This document shows, one piece after another, positions 63,779 to 64,000 of a DNA stretch of 64,000 nucleotides (position 1 is its first letter; the number at the start of each line of letters is the position of its first letter). Position numbers and translations under genes: made by a program. Below the pieces are notes generated by a model, which worked only from the letters and a program-made list of their open reading frames with translations, ran no database searches and was not told the origin of the DNA. The DNA is taken from the NCBI GenBank assembly GCA_963826005.1, contig CAWGVJ010000014.1, positions 14,017 through 78,016 of the forward strand, given 5' to 3'. This DNA comes from an uncultured Solirubrobacterales bacterium. Lineage in GTDB: Bacteria > Actinomycetota > Thermoleophilia > Solirubrobacterales > JBBDJG01.

Positions 63779-64000
63779 CTACTCCGACAGCCCCACGGCT
63801 TCGAGGGCTTCGGCCCGCGTGTCGGAAGGTGCGCCACCAGACGCACTTCCCGCGCCGCCACCGGGACGTTCCACGGGGATCGTCCTCTGCAAGGGATGTC
63901 GCTACCCGCGCCGTGGCCGCGTTGGCGCAGGGCGCGAGCGTCGATGTCTCCGAAGGTCCTGCACTCTCGACGACCTCGACGGTGAAGTCGGGAAAGATTT
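63779..64000 (-). pseudogene. NTF2/SnoaL-like cassette AB, C-terminal part only (window end), with indels relative to cassette H
   Basis: Ends ..AEALEAVGLSE TAG (63781-63779), 3 nt before the cassette AA ATG. The nucleotide sequence is alignable to 52720..52920 with gaps. Confidence 0.55.

Larger units (their letters stand above)
50007..64000 (-). repeat. tandem array of at least 27 NTF2/SnoaL-like cassettes with conserved junction modules (continues beyond window end)
   Basis: The string gttctcctgcgacat (complement of ATGTCGCAGGAGAAC), or a close variant, recurs about every 400 bp. It is followed either by cgcccgcgcagtatcccgcaggctcaggagtcggcgtgagcgtcttgctccgacagcc (long junction J1, 11 copies) or by cgcctactccgacagcc (short junction J2, 12 copies). 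Confidence 0.9.

Noticed and set aside
50007-64000. CRISPR array, because of regularly spaced near-identical short repeats
   Set aside because: The repeat period is about 400 bp. The 'spacers' are homologous protein-coding units. The repeats span stop and start codons. No cas genes are present.

Overview
High-GC (about 70%) actinobacterium-like chromosomal window. Positions 1-49.9 kb are mostly housekeeping and metabolic genes. They include a sulfate-binding protein (partial), a PrpD-like gene, enoyl-CoA hydratase, a secreted 9x54-aa repeat protein, an nrdR-nrdJ operon in which nrdJ carries two inteins, ndh, hsp20-lon, a cation/H+ antiporter, mdh, icd, an AidB-like acyl-CoA dehydrogenase, and an M50 protease. 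They also include a non-classical sdhA-sdhB-hdrB-like cluster, a BNR propeller protein, an FAD oxidase, the conserved dnaX-ybaB-recR-(NTF2 gene)-ask-asd block, SRP RNA and a galactose-oxidase-like protein. From tRNA-Val(CAC) at 49921-49992 to the window end (14 kb) the character changes completely. At least 27 tandem minus-strand NTF2/SnoaL-like cassettes (MSQENVEIVR...EALEAVGLSE) are joined by two classes of almost identical junction modules. Four direct repeats of the 3' 45 nt of tRNA-Val, each preceded by a conserved ~150-210 nt element, punctuate the array. A few unrelated cargo genes are embedded: a 61-aa ORF, a GlsB/YeaQ-like membrane protein and a beta-helix protein. No recombinase is visible in the window. 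I consider this cassette array the most unusual feature. Many genes are frame-disrupted as assembled, and the disruptions cluster in blocks, so assembly indels and real decay cannot be told apart from sequence alone. All family assignments come from reading motifs by eye; no database search was run.
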